Under the pieces are notes generated by a model. The model made no database searches, was not told the DNA's origin, and saw nothing but the letters and a program-made list of their open reading frames with translations. The position numbers and the translations under genes are program-made. Source: the human T2T-CHM13v2.0 reference genome, Homo sapiens. Taken from it: a DNA stretch of 64,000 bases. The DNA is taken from assembly GCF_009914755.1 (NCBI RefSeq), contig NC_060939.1. The stretch is one strand, 5' to 3'. How positions within the stretch are numbered: the stretch's first letter is position 1; the number at the start of each line of letters is the position of its first letter. Positions 1 through 23,200 of this stretch are shown here, piece after piece.

Positions 1-1659
1 AGGGGTGAAGTGGAAGCTGAGCTTGGCAGATACATTGACACATGTAGAACATGAAACTAGTTAATTTTTACAAATGAGTGAAATTGGTCTCTGTTCTGTG
101 GTAGGACATTTGAAAAATCTCATAGAGGAAGAATCAAGATAAATAGAGAGAGTCGAGACCAAAAAAAAAAAAAGAAGAAGAAAGCAAGCTAAGAAAAAAA
201 ATATTTTATTATCCCATTGTAAACCCAAAGGAAACCTCCTGACAGTGTCCCACAATTATCTCTAGAACACCAGAGGATTCTCTGCCAATTAGCTTTAGTT
301 TACAAGAAGTTTTACAGGCTATGTTGCAGAAAATTTCTCTGCCAGCAGAGATAACATCTAAATAACCCGGTGAGGCTTTTCCAGTCTAATTGTAATAAGG
401 TTTTGAACTCAACAAAAGCTCTTGACAGGGGTGAGAAGATACCCTCTGCAAGCATACTCTGAGATGACCACGCAGACAAGGCACTTTCTTAGAGGCTGGG
501 ATGTCAGTGCTACTCTCATTAGGGGCCTTCGGCTACCAAAGCAAGCCCTGGCCCCGAGATTCTCCAGGGAGAGGCAGAGACCTCAGGAGGACACAATAGG
601 AAGGGAGAGAGAAAGCCCAAGAAGGCAGTAGGGATATTTGTAGGAGTAAGAATTAGAGGCTGCTGTAAAGCCAAAGCCAAGAGCAAAAAAAAAAAAAAAA
701 AAGTGTATTCTGTAGTTGAATTCAGAGTGGAAATAACCAAATCTCTCCATTAGGCAGGTGATTCTAAAATCGGCTTCTTTAAATAGAATGCATTAGCAGC
801 ACTCAGAAAATTCTTATATTTAAGGAAGACATTTCACTCTGATGGCATTCTCAGTAGATTTCTTTATACTTTTCTCGATGATGAAGCATTGTAAAAATAC
901 TGGTAGAAATATCTATTCCTGGTTTTAGTTTTTCTGCAGGAAACAAACAAAAAATAACACTTTCATTGGTGTGATGAGAATTTTGCCTGGTTAAATTCAA
1001 AACTACTAGTATTGGGCTCCTTCGGTGTGTACAAAGTCTATGTGTGATTCCGTTTAATAATCCTTTGCTAATGTTTGTCCATAACTTCTCTTTAATAAAG
1101 GGAATTTATTTTCATCTCTTGGCAAATTTGGAGATCAGAATTTGCCTGGCTCGGGTGGGTATAAAGTCAGTTGCAGATAAATGGCCTTAAAATATTTCTG
1201 CCACATGATTGTATAGGATACTTTCTCCTGAACCACTCTCAGTTCTGTAATTTTGCACTGTGATTGTAGGCCAACCACTGGGGCATTCAGTCTTCTAGAC
1301 CAGGCCAGATAGGAAAATAGCCGTGCATTGATGACTTTCTCTTGGTTTGTTTGACAGTGTCTGTATCTGTGATTAGGATCTCACCACAGGTTCAATGTGT
1401 CTACTTGCCCAGGCTTTGAACTCAGTGTTTGCAAACAGGTAACAGAAAGATAGAAAGATAGGAGTTGAGTCCTGTTACTTCACCGCTTGATTTGAGACAT
1501 TATATGTAGGAATTAGAATAAACTTACTTTCTTAAGACTAGCTCTGTCTTTTGGAAGAAGACTCAGCAAAGACGAAATTGTGTAGCTACACTGGTAGATA
1601 TAATTTAAAAAGCAGCACTTGAGATTTCATTTGAGAAAAACAAACGTAAAACTTACACA

Positions 1660-1805
1660 CAGGACTGGCTATATGATTTGTGGGGTCCATTGCAAAATGA
1701 AAAGGCAGAACCCCCTTGTTCCAAAATTATTAGGAATTTCCAAATGATGCCCACAGAGCATTGGACTGAGCTGGGGTTCCTTCTGAGTGTGGGACACTGT
1801 GCTCT
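1660..1805 (+). mobile_element. MER91-like hAT DNA transposon fragment
   Basis: atttgtggggtccattgcaaaatgaaaa...ccccttgttccaaaattattaggaatttc resembles the MER91A consensus as recalled. Confidence 0.65.
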
Positions 1806-2679
1806 TGTCTAGCTTTGAAGTAAACTGGTGATTTGACTCAGTGTAGTCATTTTTTCCTCAGTGTTTTCTGCAGGACCAACTAAGAGTGATTATGAGACTT
1901 ATTAATTGAAATAACAGAGATTTGTTTCCAGTGTACTTTCAAAATTCCAGAATTCACTAACTACGTAGACCCCATCTTGCTATTTCTGTATCCACAATCA
2001 TTAGATAAATGCTTCTGTTGCCTTGTGGGGGCATGCAGATAGTATTATGAACTCTTGCCTGTAGGATTAAGACTGACTGTTCTTGTTCTCCATTGTAGGT
2101 GAATGGTCTCACTGGAGACCCTGTGCAATGTTACAGTGTCGCACAGCTTATGCCAGGAAGCCCAGTGGAGGCACTTGTTGAATAGCCATTTAGTCATCTG
2201 AACGGGGGCACTCAGTTTAAGGAAAGCAGAGAGACCTCTAGAAGCCCAGCATTGAATTAAAACTGCACCATCACAGGGGCAAGCCTGTCACAGATACAAG
2301 AGCAAACAGTCTTCCCATCTGGGGGCAATCAGAGTCTCTACTGTGGAGGATGTTGAACAGCTTCCAAGAGCTAATCCATGAAAAGAGTTTCACATGGAGC
2401 TAGTATATAATAAAGGCTCAGTGGATGCTAGCTCTTATTATTACTCTAAAATGGAGGTCCTGAATCTTTAGCTCCATTTACATTTCCATTACTAATGTGT
2501 AGGAGAATGTTAAAGCTGCATCATTGACAGTGATTTTTGTTTGGACGGGTCTGTTTCTAAAGTCCTTGAACAGAAAAGGGATTATTTTCTTGTTTAAGGG
2601 TTTGGCCATTCACGGGTCCCCTGGAATTTGAGATAATTTTATGACCAGAATTCTGGGGCAGAGAGGGGTATTTTATAAA

Positions 2680-3595
2680 TAAATTAAAATTTTAAAATAG
2701 TTTCGGATTTATAGAAATACTGCTAAGATAGCACAAGGAATTCCTATATATCCCACACTATTTCTATTGGCAAAATCTTAAATTATTATAGCCACATTTG
2801 TCAAAATGAATGAACCAATACTGATGCAGTATTAACTAACTAAATAAACTCAGATGAAATCTATATTTAGATTTGCTTAGTTTCTACCTCCTTCTTTGTT
2901 TGATTTATTTTGTCCTTTTGTTCCATTCCAAGTCCCATGCAAGATTCTTATCATTCATATCACATTTAGCTATCATGTCTCCTTAGGCTCCTTTTGGCTG
3001 TGACGATTTCTCAGGTTTTGTGTTTGATGACCTTGACAGTTTAAAGAGTAGCAGTGGCCAGGCGCAGTGGCTCAAGCCTGTAATCCCAGCACTTTGGGAG
3101 TCCAAGATGGGCTAATCACGAGGTGAAGAGATTGACACCGTCCTGAACAACATGGTGAAATCCCGTCTCCACTAAAAGTAGAAAAATTAGATAGGTGTAG
3201 TGGTGTGCACCTGTAGTACCAGCTACTTGGGAGGCTGAGACAGGAGAATCGCTTGAATCAGAAGGCGGAGGTTGCAGTGAGCCGAGATCACAGCACTGTA
3301 TTCCAGCCTGGGCAACAGAGTGAGACTCCTTCTCAAAAAAAAAAAAAAAAAAAAAAAAAAAGTAGCAGTGAGGCATTTTGTGGAGTGTCCCTCAATACGG
3401 ATTTGTTTGATGATTTTCCCATGATTTGATTGTGGTGATGGGTTTTGGGGAGAAAACCACAGGTGTAAAATGTGATTCTCATCACATAACAAGAATGCAT
3501 GCTATCTACATTGCTTATAATGGATGATGTTAACCTTGATCACATGGCTAAGGTACTTTTTGTCAGGCTTTATCACTGTAAAGTTATTCTTTGTT
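2680..3595 (-). mobile_element. Old L1MC-type 3' region, interrupted by an Alu at 3056-3360
   Basis: L1MC4/5-like 3'UTR motifs (catgtctccttaggctcc, gatgaccttgacagtt, gttaaccttgatcacatggctaagg) continue on both sides of the Alu. Confidence 0.7.
3056..3360 (+). mobile_element. AluS (AluSc-like), full length
   Basis: Two Alu arms and an A-tail; TSD agtagcagt at 3047-3055 and 3361-3369. Confidence 0.92.
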
Positions 3596-3849
3596 GTTGA
3601 GAGGGGGCAGTATAAGAATTTAGAGTTCCAGATCCCAGAAGAAGAGCATGACGTAACAGTATCCTTGAGCATAGGCTCCTGCTAGTCTGTGTGTGTGGTC
3701 CATCTGACGTGGAATCCAGCATGCAGAAGGCACTCAATACATATCTGATGGACGCAGGAAGGGGAAGTGGTCCGGGAATGTCACTATCTGGAGAACCCTA
3801 TAGCTAACTGCATTAATTTGACATGGTTATCATGCTGTGTTAACAATTT

Positions 3850-4070
3850 GCTTGACACTGTTCTAGATATTTTAGATATAGTGTTCATTGAACTCTCATA
3901 GCAACTCTCTGAGGCAGCAACTATGATCATCGTAATTTTACAGCTGTGGAAATGGAGGCACATAGAAGTTCAATAACTCACTCAAGCTTGCACAGTGATT
4001 AAGTGGTCAGGATTCAAATCCAGGCAATCTGGCTTCAGAGATCATGCTCTTAAACACTGTGGCCTATTGC
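3850..4070. mobile_element. MIR SINE fragment
   Basis: Core motif ttttacagctgtggaaatggaggcacatagaagttcaataact...ggattcaaatccaggcaatctggcttcagag. Confidence 0.7.
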
Positions 4071-5263
4071 TTTTTGAAAGGTAGGAAGACATAGTCTGAG
4101 TTGGTCTCCTAAGGAAAGACTACAAATCTCAAATCATATTAAGAGAAGCCCTTTAATAGGTGTGTGGTCTATACTCCATAAAATATGTGAAAAACGTAAA
4201 AATAAAATCTGGGTTTTTTTTGTAAGTGCTAATACCCTCTCAACTGCTTGATAATCATATGAGCGCATGTTAAATGAAAGGATTTAGTGGGGAGGGGATG
4301 TGGTTCTTCATTAAAGCCTAGACTTCTGTCTATGTTTAACAAAGAGTTTGGGATTCACTGGGATTTGACAAAAGTGGAAGCAAGTAAGCCTAAAAGAAAA
4401 AAAAAAAAAAAGGAAAAAGTCCCTAGTAAGAACATTAAGGAATATCATTTCAAGTCATAAAAATTTGAGGAATTTGTACTTTTCTAGTTCAAATTTTCAT
4501 TTATAGAATGTCTTCTTAATTCTGTGACAGCACTAATAAATGTTTTAGGGTTTTTGGAGCACATATTTTGTTATACCTACAGTCACGTATTTATATCTGT
4601 AAATTATAATTTTTTTGGAGCAACACAAATTCTATCAGTGAATAGTAACAACTAAGCTTTTTATAAAAAACTATTCTACAGATAATCAGAGCATGAAGCA
4701 CATTTTAATTATGCTATACTATACCACATCACACACTCGCATATTCAAATATAACACATATATGCATAATAACAACAGTCATGCAACGAGAAGCCCTGAG
4801 TCACCCTAGCTCCAGGTAATACTGATACTCCCCTCCATGATGTTGACAGGTTCTTTATTAGGACGTTTTGATACCCTCCTTCTTCAACTGTGTGAGTCAA
4901 TCAATTAGTATAAAATTATAATCTGGAATTATTCTTTATTTTCAAGCTTATGAAGCTCAAACACAAATATCTGCATTTACCTATCCTATTTGAAGAACAG
5001 ATTCTGCTTTCACACCTTGGAGTATCATTTATGCACAGAATGACTTGCAAGAAGTAATTTTTACCCCTGGGGCTAACTAATAGCATTGTCTTAGCCTTAG
5101 TCTCTATACATGTATGCAGTGTGCATTGTAGGAAATCTCATGCAAACCTGTACCTTTCACATGTGTGAGTACCAACACAAGGCAAGAAGTACCAGTGTTT
5201 AGGTGCTGTTCCACTTGGTGTTCAAGCTGCCCTCCCAAATTACTCACTTATAAAAAAGACTAA

Positions 5264-5651
<388 letters not shown>

Positions 5652-5792
5652 TCTGGTTATTTTTAACATAACATCTAGTATGTTTTCTTATTTTGATCAG
5701 CATTTAATGTTTGTCCTCTGATTATTTTAGCCATGATGTTTTGCAAATGTAAATCAACCTTTGAAGAATCAACTTTAAAGGCAGGAAGTAGG

Positions 5793-5931
5793 GGCCAGGC
5801 ACGGTGGCTCACGCCTGTAATCCCAGAACTTTGGGAGCCCGAAGAGGGAAGATCACCTGAGGTCAGGAGTTCGAGACCAGCCTGGCCAACATGGTGAAAC
5901 CCCATCTCTAGTAAAAATACAAAAATATTAG
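5793..5931 (+). mobile_element. AluS left arm only (right arm absent)
   Basis: ggccaggcacggtggctcacgcctgtaatccc through the middle A-rich linker, then unique sequence. Confidence 0.88.
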
Positions 5932-7485
5932 TTATAGTGTGTGCAGTACTATGTTAATCATCTGTGATGTATTAACGGTAATTAAAATTTTCTTGAAATT
6001 GTTGCAATAAGGAAGAATAATGTCAACATTTTCAGTGTACAAAATATTACTATACACACAGATATAACTATTTCATCTAATTACTTTGATTATGTAAGAG
6101 TTGAGCATATTTACATAGAGTGTGTATACAGTCACACGTTTCCTATATACCAGTGAATGTGTGCATACATATATAGAGTGTGTGTACATATACATGTAAT
6201 ACAGTATGTTATTGTGTTCTTGAATCCCACCATCATTCAGTGTCTTGCCAAATAGCATTACAGGCATAGTGCCAGATCTTTTCACTTCCCCACTGAAGTC
6301 ACTTGGAACATATCTGAACGTGGCAAAATGCATTTGCCAAGTTATGTGCATAAAAACATCCTTTGATCTTTCAGAGTCATAAATATGTAATAAACTACAT
6401 GATTGCCCTACTGATCTGTCCAACATCAATCTTATCTTCCTTTTTTATAGGTTCATCAAAATAAGATATGATCAAGGTACAAAAGAGTTAAAGAAGCTAT
6501 TTATTTTAATGTTTCCTTGGAGAGCACACTTGTTATTGTAAGTACAAATTATATATATAATATTTCATGAATGATGTTGAAGCATTAAAAATCACCTCTG
6601 CTCTTGAAGTTAACACAAAACGCTGGCCCACTGCCAGTACTGCGCTTGTCCCCTTCTGGCTTCCTACTAGATACAGTGTCATTTTTTCCAGAATAATAGT
6701 GGAATAGCTGCACAAAATTTTGTTTTTAAGTCATAGACTCGATTCTGAACATAATCTATATTTCAAATGTTCAGATATTTATGCCCTTAACTATTTCTTT
6801 TGAGCCAAAGAGTACTAACCAAAGTTAGGGATTATCCACATTTTAAGACATCAAAATAAGGTTTATAGAGAGGAAAACAAGGGTGGTGGAGATAATAGGA
6901 AGGAATTATGTTAGCAAAGGACAACATATTTTACTGTTGCTATTTTATTCTATAAGAAGTGCATATCACTGACTTCTATTCCAACTTGTGGTTTATTGAG
7001 TGTTTTTAACAACAAGCTGTAAGAATGGGCTACATCAGCTGATGAGATCTTTAAATTGACTATTGTGAAATATTGTAAGACAGCAGAAACATTATGCAAG
7101 CCGTAAATTCAGTGAGGGATGTTGTGAGTAGTAAATTCTACATTTTTTTCACAAGGGACAAATAAGATTGAACTAAGCATTTCAGTTGTGAAAAGTTGTG
7201 AAAAGGACACAACTTTTACCTTATAGCAGAAAAAAAATCATCCAAGTTTAATCTGATATATTTAGGGCAGTATAAAATGGTGATTAATGTCAATGGGTAC
7301 ATTTTCACAAGTGTGAGCTGTGACTTCCTTCACGGTAGCATAGAATGGACTGAGTTAGTGTAGAATCAGTAATAAACCAGGAAATTTTCTCCAGTGTACA
7401 CAATTATTCTATCAGGGAAGGCAGAAAGGACCCTAAAACAGTTCAATTAAATTCAGTAATATGGAAACATAATAACAAGATTTTA

Positions 7486-7758
<273 letters not shown>

Positions 7759-8791
7759 TTAATCTTACTATAAATTGTGAGACTGATTCATCATATGAAT
7801 TTGGTTTTAAAAAAACAAAAATGGTAAATACATTATCTGAGGCAGGTAAAAATGTAAACCACTGAAAGTTTAGAGAAATTTCTGAAATAAATAGTACTAT
7901 TTTGCCTATTGACATAAAAAGAACACTAGTCTTTATTAGGTCTCATTGATAACTTTGCATCTAAAAGATCATGAACAGTTGTAATTTCTATTTCATATAA
8001 ATCTGTGGTTACAGTGGTCTTAACTCTGATTTCCTATTAAAAAAAAATTCAGGCTTCTACTTTGCAACAGACAATTATAGCTGTGCCTTAGTGTGGGAAG
8101 AGAAAGCTTCCTGTAATCCTGTATGCACACTCTGAATGGTTATGACCAGGTGAAAGAAAATCGAGCCAGCTCTCCACAGAGAACACTGCCTGACTTTGTA
8201 AAGGCATTTGAAGACCAAAGATGTATCTACGTTTTGTGCACAGAGATGAAGGAAGCCCACACTTAGGTTTCTGGCTAGGGATATCTCTAGTCTGACCATG
8301 TTTCATTCAATTGAAAATTACTCTAAGCTATGTCCAGAGCTCTGTGAGGGCACCCCACACAGGGCATTTCTGCTTTTCTCTCTTCTCTTACTCCCATCTC
8401 TAATCTCTCACCCAAACCTGGTTTTCTCTCAGCCTTCAACCTCGGCTGCTTTAAATACCCTTAATCCTTAAGCCCCCATCCCTCCTATCCCATGCTCACT
8501 TAGAACTAATGAAGTAATCATTTTTCTAAGGAAATCAAGACTACGTATCTTGAATTTCTTTCTTTTTTATTTTTTTTTTTAATTTTTTTATTACTATTAC
8601 ACTTTAAGTTTTAGGGTACATGTGCAGGTTTCTTACATATGTATACATGTGCCATGTTGGTGTGCTGTACCCATTAACTCATCATTTAACATTAGGTATA
8701 TCTCCTAATGCTATCCCTCCCCCCTCCCCCCACCCCACAACAGGCCCCAGAGTGTGATGTTCCCCTTCCTGTGTCCATGTGTTCTCATTGT

Positions 8792-12624
<3,833 letters not shown>

Positions 12625-12672
12625 TTATTTTCCTCTTTAGTTGATGCAGTTTCTTCCTAGCCTCGATGGTCT

Positions 12673-13690
12673 TTACATTTTGGCATGATTTTGCAGTGGC
12701 TGGTACCGGTTGTTCCTTTCCATGTTTAGTGCTTCCTTCAGGAGCTCTTTTAGGGCAGGCCTGGTGGTGACAAAATCTCTCAGCATTTGCTTGTCTGTAA
12801 AGTATTTTATTTCTCCTTCACTTATGAAGCTTAGTTTGGCTGGATATGAAATTCTGGGTTGAAAATTCTTTTCTTTAAGAATGTTGACTGTTGGCCCCCA
12901 CTCTCTTCTGGCTTGTAAGAGTTTCTGCCGAGAGATCCGCTGTTAATCTGATGGGCTTCCCTTTGTGGGTAACCCGACCTTTCTCTCTGGCTGCCCTTAA
13001 CATTTTTTCCTTCATTTCAACTTTGGTGATTCTGACAATTATGTGTCTTGGAGTTGCTCGTCTCGAGGAGTATCTTCGTTGCATTCTCTGTATTTCCTGA
13101 ATCTGAATGTTGGCCTGCCTTGCTAGATTGGGGAAGTTCTCCTGGATAATATCCTGCAGAGTGTTTTCCAACTTGGTTCCATTCTCCCCGTCACTTTCAG
13201 GTACACCAATCAGACGTAGATTTGGTCTTTTCACATAGTCCCATATTTCTTGGAGACTTTGTTCGTTTCTTTTTATTCTTTTTTCTCTAAACTTCCCTTC
13301 TTGCTTCATTTCATTCATTTCGTCTTCCATCACTGATACCCTTTCTTCCAGTTGATGGCATCGACTCCTGAGGCTTCTCCATTCTTCACATAGTTCTCGA
13401 GCCTTGGCTTTCAGCTCCATCAGCTCCTTTAAGGACTTTTCTGCATTGGTTATTCTAGTTATCCATTCGTCTAATTTTTTTTCAAGGTTTCTAACTTCTT
13501 TGCCATTGGTTTGAATTTCCTTCTGTAGCTCGGAGTTGTTTGATCGTCTGTAGCCTTCTTCTCTCAACTTGTCAGTATCGTTCTCCATCCAGCTTTGTTC
13601 CATTGCTGGTGAGGAGCTGCGTTCCTTTGGAGGAGGAGAGGCGCTCTGCTTTTTAGAGTTTCCAGTTTTTCTGCTCTGTTTTTTCCCCAT
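12673..13690 (-). pseudogene. L1 ORF1p, frameshifted near codon 260
   Basis: MGKKQSRKTGNSK...YVKRPNLRLIGVPE...LSAETL, then out of frame. Confidence 0.93.
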
Positions 13691-14282
13691 CTTTGTGGTT
13701 TTACCTACTTTTGGTCTTTGATGATGGTGACGTACAGATGGGTTTTGGTGTTGATGTCCTTTCTGTTTGTTAGTTCTCCTTCTAACAGACAGGACCCTCA
13801 GCTGCAGGTCTGTTAGAGTTTGCTAGAGGTCCACTCTAGACCCTGTTTGCCTGGGTATCAGCAGCGGTGGCTGCAGAACAGCGGTGGCTGTAGAACAGCA
13901 GATTTTGGTGACCCACAAATGCTGCTGCCTGATTGTTCCTCTGGAAGTTTTGTCTCAGAGGAGTACCCGGCCCTGTGAGGTGTCAGTCTGCCCCTACTAG
14001 GGGGTGCCTCCCAGTTAAGCTGCTCAGGGGTCAGGGACCCACTTGAGGAGGCAGTCTGCCTGTTCTCAGATCTCCAGCTGCATGCTGTGAGAACCACTGC
14101 TCTCTTCAAAGCTGTCAGACAGGGACATTTAAGTCTGCAGAGGTTACTGCTGTCTTTTTGTTTGTCTGTGCCCTGCCCCCAGAGGTGGAGCCCACAGAGG
14201 CAGGCAGGCCTCCTTGAGCTGTGGTGGGCTCCACCCAGTTGGAGCTTCCCTGCTGCTTTGTTTACCTAAGGGAGCCTGGGCA

Positions 14283-14432
14283 ATGGCGGGCGCCCCTCCC
14301 CCAGCCTCGCTGCCACCTTGCAGTTTGATCTCAGACTGCTGTGCTAGCAATCAGCGAGACTCCGTGGGCGTAGGACCCTCCGAGCCACGTGCGGGATATA
14401 ATCTTCTGGTGCGCCGTTTTTTAAGCCTGTAG
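14283..14432 (+). pseudogene. L1 antisense ORF0, truncated at 49 aa, within the antisense promoter region
   Basis: MAGAPPPASLPPCSLISDCCASNQRDSVGVGPSEP matches ORF0; premature TAG; first donor context changed to ccac|gtgcgg. Confidence 0.8.
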
Positions 14433-15329
14433 GGAAAGTGCAGTATTAGGGTGGGAGTGACCCGAATTTCCAGGTGCCGTCTGTCACCCCTTTCTTTGAC
14501 TAGGAAAGGGAACTCCCTGACCCCTTGCGCTTCCCAGGTGAGGCAATGCCTCACCCTGCTTCGGCTCGTGCAGGGTGCGCTGCACCCACTGTCTTGCGCC
14601 CACTGTCTGGCACTCCCTAGTGAGATGAACCTGGTACCTCAGATGGAAATGCAGAAATCACCCGTCTTCTGCGTCGCTCACGCTGGGAGCTGTAGACCGG
14701 AGCTGTTGCTATTTGGCCATCTTGGCTCCACCGAATTTCTTTCTTAAGATCTCTTTTTTCAGCATTTCTCTTATTCTGCCTGATGCTAATTACTGTCCCT
14801 CAGAGGGAAATATATCATGTTTTTATTCCTTATTTTATGAAACAAATATTCAGTGATGCTTTTCCTGCTTAAGGATCTGAATTAGACTCATTTGAAACAA
14901 AGAAGATATATAATGCATAGCCTCTGCTTTAAAAAAGATACTATCTCACTGTGGCGGAATATACTCCGTATAAAAGTGACTAATAACAGAGTCTCTAAGA
15001 AGTGTCCATGTGGTGGAACAGAGAGTTGTCTAGGTTAGTAAGAGAAAAGGAAGCATTTTGGAGAGGAAAGGGAAATGTTGAGTAGGCTATTCCGCCAAGC
15101 CACACTCAAGGTCAGGGACAGGCTTTAAAGGCAGCCTGGGGCCAAACAAATGAGCCATGAACTTGGGCAGGAGAGTCTAGGCTTAACTTGACAGGCAATG
15201 CAGAAATTTTGTCAAGAGAACAGTTAAGATCTTTAGGCTGTATTGTATTTTTAGAAGTGTCTTTTAACAATAAAACATGTCCAGAGAGCAATTGCCCGTG
15301 TGACAGAGTGAGAAGGTCAACAAATCCTA

Positions 15330-19700
<4,371 letters not shown>

Positions 19701-19818
19701 TTAGGTAGCAGAAACTAATGAAGAAGTTCTCTAGGGCTTCACTGTCAAAATGTTTCTTTTCAATGTACTCCAGTTACTTTCTAAAAGTAATAGAAACTCC
19801 CTAAAAAAGCAGTTTGAC

Positions 19819-19964
19819 TCCCCTCATTTAGAGGATGGGTCAATAGGTGCAGCAAACCACCATGGCACACGTATACTTATGTAACAAACCCACATGTTCT
19901 GCACATGCATCCCGTTTATTTTTTTAGAAGAAATAAGGAAAAATAAAAATTAAAGAAAAAAGAA
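19819..19964 (+). mobile_element. Extremely 5'-truncated older L1PA 3' end
   Basis: gggtcaataggtgcagcaaaccaccatggcacacgtatac plus A-tail; 16-bp TSD aaaaaagcagtttgac at 19803-19818 and 19965-19980. Confidence 0.88.
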
Positions 19965-20224
19965 AAAAAAGCAGTTTGACAATCTGTACTAGAATCTTAA
20001 CAATTTTTATATGTCACCCAGCCATCTCATTTCAGAGAATCTACCCTAAAGAATAATAATTAGACTTACATACCAGGATACGTGTGACAAGGATGTTTAT
20101 TAACAATGAGCCTGACTGGATTTGACTTAGATCAAGTGCCACTTCTTGGCCAAGGGAGTGCAGAGAATCTCATGGGGACAGAATGCAAGAGAGAAGATTT
20201 GTCTATTTATCTAACAGATAATTT

Positions 20225-20410
20225 GTAGGGCTTATGATGTGTCAGGCACTGTTCTAATTGCTTTTGTGATTAATTGCTCAGTTCATCCTCATAATATCCC
20301 CATTTTACAGATGACTAGCAGTATGCACAGAGATGTTAAGTAACTTGTCTGTGATCTCACAGAGTTGAGATTCAAACATGGCAGTGTAGTTTGAAAGTCC
20401 ATGCATTCAA
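20225..20410. mobile_element. MIR SINE fragment
   Basis: ccccattttacagatga...cacagagatgttaagtaacttg...gagattcaaac core. Confidence 0.75.
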
Positions 20411-21986
20411 TAATGGGCCCAAAGAGAATCAAGGTGCTATTTTCAGAAGAAGGAAACCATTTGTATTCAGGCAGAACCACAGCGTCCATTACTGTCAGTG
20501 GTGTCTGCTGCCCAGAGCAGACACTCTTCTCAAGTATTTCCATAAGACACATGGGCTACGCTGATGGTAGCACGTGGAGCACAGCTTTATAGCTGACTTG
20601 AATGTGTCTGTCTGCTCTGAAAGACCCTACGGCACAATGTCTCTGGGGCTCACTGGAAACTTAATAAGCACTGTCAAATAATATCGAAGATATTTAGAAG
20701 GAAAGCATTCCTCCTTGATTTTCACCTCAAAGTTTGTGGAGACAGGGTCCTTGGAGGAAAAGGGAAATCCATGAAAAAATATGGTTTGAATAATATGCAA
20801 GGCTTCAAACTTGGGTTTCATTAATTTCTATTGCATTATAATTCTAATACCAGCCTGACACGAACTAATCTCAGAGTGTATTAGTAGCACAGACTAAGGC
20901 ATTTTAATGTTGGAAGTACTTGCTTAAAAGTCAAAATAGCAAAAAATGTGATAAGAATTTGATAGACATTAATAAATTATTAAAACATTGATTCAAGAAC
21001 TATCCGTGAGGACCTAGTATGAGTCAGCGACAACGGTAGGCTCTGTGCACCATTCTAAGAGCCATATTGCTTCCTGTAATTTGATCACTTGAAAAAAAGC
21101 AGTCATATGTGGTGATTCTTGTTGATTTAACCATTCTAGTCAAATAGCTCGCCATCTATTTTGTAAGGAAATGTGGTAAATTTTTGTTGCTTGACTTTCA
21201 TATGAATTAGTTCCATTAAAAACAGTTAAACCAGTGGCCTGGGTGTACTGTATCAATATCTATTTCATTTACATACAAATGCTCTGAGTACTAAAGCTAA
21301 CTCTTGTGTCGCAGTGAGCATCTGGTGGTTATTATGTAGGTGTAAATAATTAGAGAGTCACACACCAGATTTGATTCATGCTAGTTGACAATTGGTATGA
21401 TTCTGACATTAAAACAAGCATTTTGTGTGTCTGAGCTCTCAGTAAATGAATCATCTAGTCATTTTCCTTTTATTTTGGGAATACACAGGATACATAAATG
21501 TTATACCAAACTTTTCTATTCATAAGAGATAGATATGAAAAAGTGTGTAAACTTTAGAAATTAGAAAAACATTTAAGAAAGCAAAAAATATTGTATCGTT
21601 CTATTAATACATAGAATTCTGTATCCCATTTCCTAGGGTATTACATTTTTAAAAAATAATTGACATAATAGTCATTATCCTGACATTTTTCATTGTTAAT
21701 CATCGTCACTCACATAATTATTTTGTTATATATTTGATTATTGTTTTCTAAGCTAGATTCCTTGAAATGAGATTGCCAGGAAAAAGGATATAGCATCTTT
21801 TTAGATGTTGGTACATATTGTCAAACTGATTTTTAGAGTTTCTGTTAACTCTTAAAGTGTAACTGAAGAGAATAGAAGTGTCCCAGTTTATAGCCTTGCA
21901 TTGACTCTCATTGCCCCCTTTTAAATCATTACTATGCTTAACTCAATAAAGAAAAAAATGAAAGCTGCTTGTTTTAACTTTCATGC

Positions 21987-22255
21987 TTTTTTTTTTTTTT
22001 TTTGAGAGAGAGAGAGAGACAGTTTCACTATGTTGCCCAGGTTGGAGTGCAGTGGTGCAATCATAGCTCACTGCAACCCGGGACGCCTAGCCTCAAGTCA
22101 TCCTCCCACTTCAGCTACCCAGCTAGTACCCACCACCGCACCCAGCTCTTTTTTAAAAAATTTTTTATAGAGATGGGGTCTTGCTATGAGTTGCCCAGGC
22201 TGGACTCAAACTCCTGACCTCAGAAGATCTTCCTGCCTCAGCTTTCCAAGTTGCA
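21987..22255 (-). mobile_element. Diverged AluJ
   Basis: Poly(T), then gttgcccaggttggagtgcagtggtgcaatcatagctcactgc and gagatggggtcttgctatg. Confidence 0.85.
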
Positions 22256-22718
22256 TCTGGCTATTTACAGGCTTTCAAAAAGTGTTTGTTGTATCTCTAC
22301 CTTGTCCCATCATTGTGTTAGATACACTCACATTACAAATGTTGTCAAAAATGCTCACATCATAAAGAGGAGAATTAATATGTGAAATCTGAAGGCAGAG
22401 AACAAGAATAAGAGATTCACCAAGTAAAACAAAAAACATGGGTTTGAAATAATGGAATATGTATTATTAAAACAAAAACATTAACCTAAAGGCTAGTTCA
22501 TGGTTTTTATTTAATTTTGATTTTTATATATTTGCCACATGAGCTTTTCCCCAAATAGGTTACTGAGATACATAGCCACAGGATGCACCTGCCTAAATGC
22601 CCTGCAAAACACAGTCATTTAATATTATTCTGTGGTTCTTGCGGCATTCATCATACTGAGCCTTATGATGCAACTGGAAGAGTTAGGACCCAAGACTCTA
22701 CCTTTCCATTTTACCTAT

Positions 22719-23200
22719 TGTGTTGTTTCCCATCACTGCTGTAACAAATCACCACACACAGTGACGTAAAGCAATGCATATTGTTAGCTTACAATTCTGG
22801 AAGTCAGAAGTCAGCAATGAGTTTCACTAGGTATGAAGAATTCCAGGTGATGGTCTGCAAACCTGAGTTCCTTCTAGAGGCTCTTAGGGGAAAAATCTAT
22901 TTCCTTACCTTTTCCAACTTCTAGGGGCTGCTTGTGTTCCTTGCCTCCTGGCCATTCTCTCCAAAGACAGCAGCATCTTCAAATCTGTCTTTGATTCCGC
23001 TTCCATTATCGCATCTTCTCTAGCTCTTCTAGGGAAACTTTTGATCACATTGGGCCCAACAGACAATCCAGAATCATTCGTCTCAATGGCCTTAACTTAC
23101 CGACATCTGTGAAGTCCCTTTTGCAATGTGGGACAACCTGTTCATAGGTTCCATGGAATAGGACCTGGACATTTGGTTGGCGGGGTGGTCCTCTCTTCTG
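22719..23200 (-). mobile_element. MLT1 (MaLR) LTR, MLT1C/D-like
   Basis: ctgctgtaacaaatcaccac...acaattctggaagtcagaagtc...ttccttaccttttccaacttctagggg motifs. Confidence 0.75.

Noticed and set aside
930-2110. Several plus-strand acceptor-like sites (~939, 1357, 1873, 2098) and a donor at 1438
   Set aside because: No recognisable coding frame or coherent exon chain; such motifs are frequent by chance.
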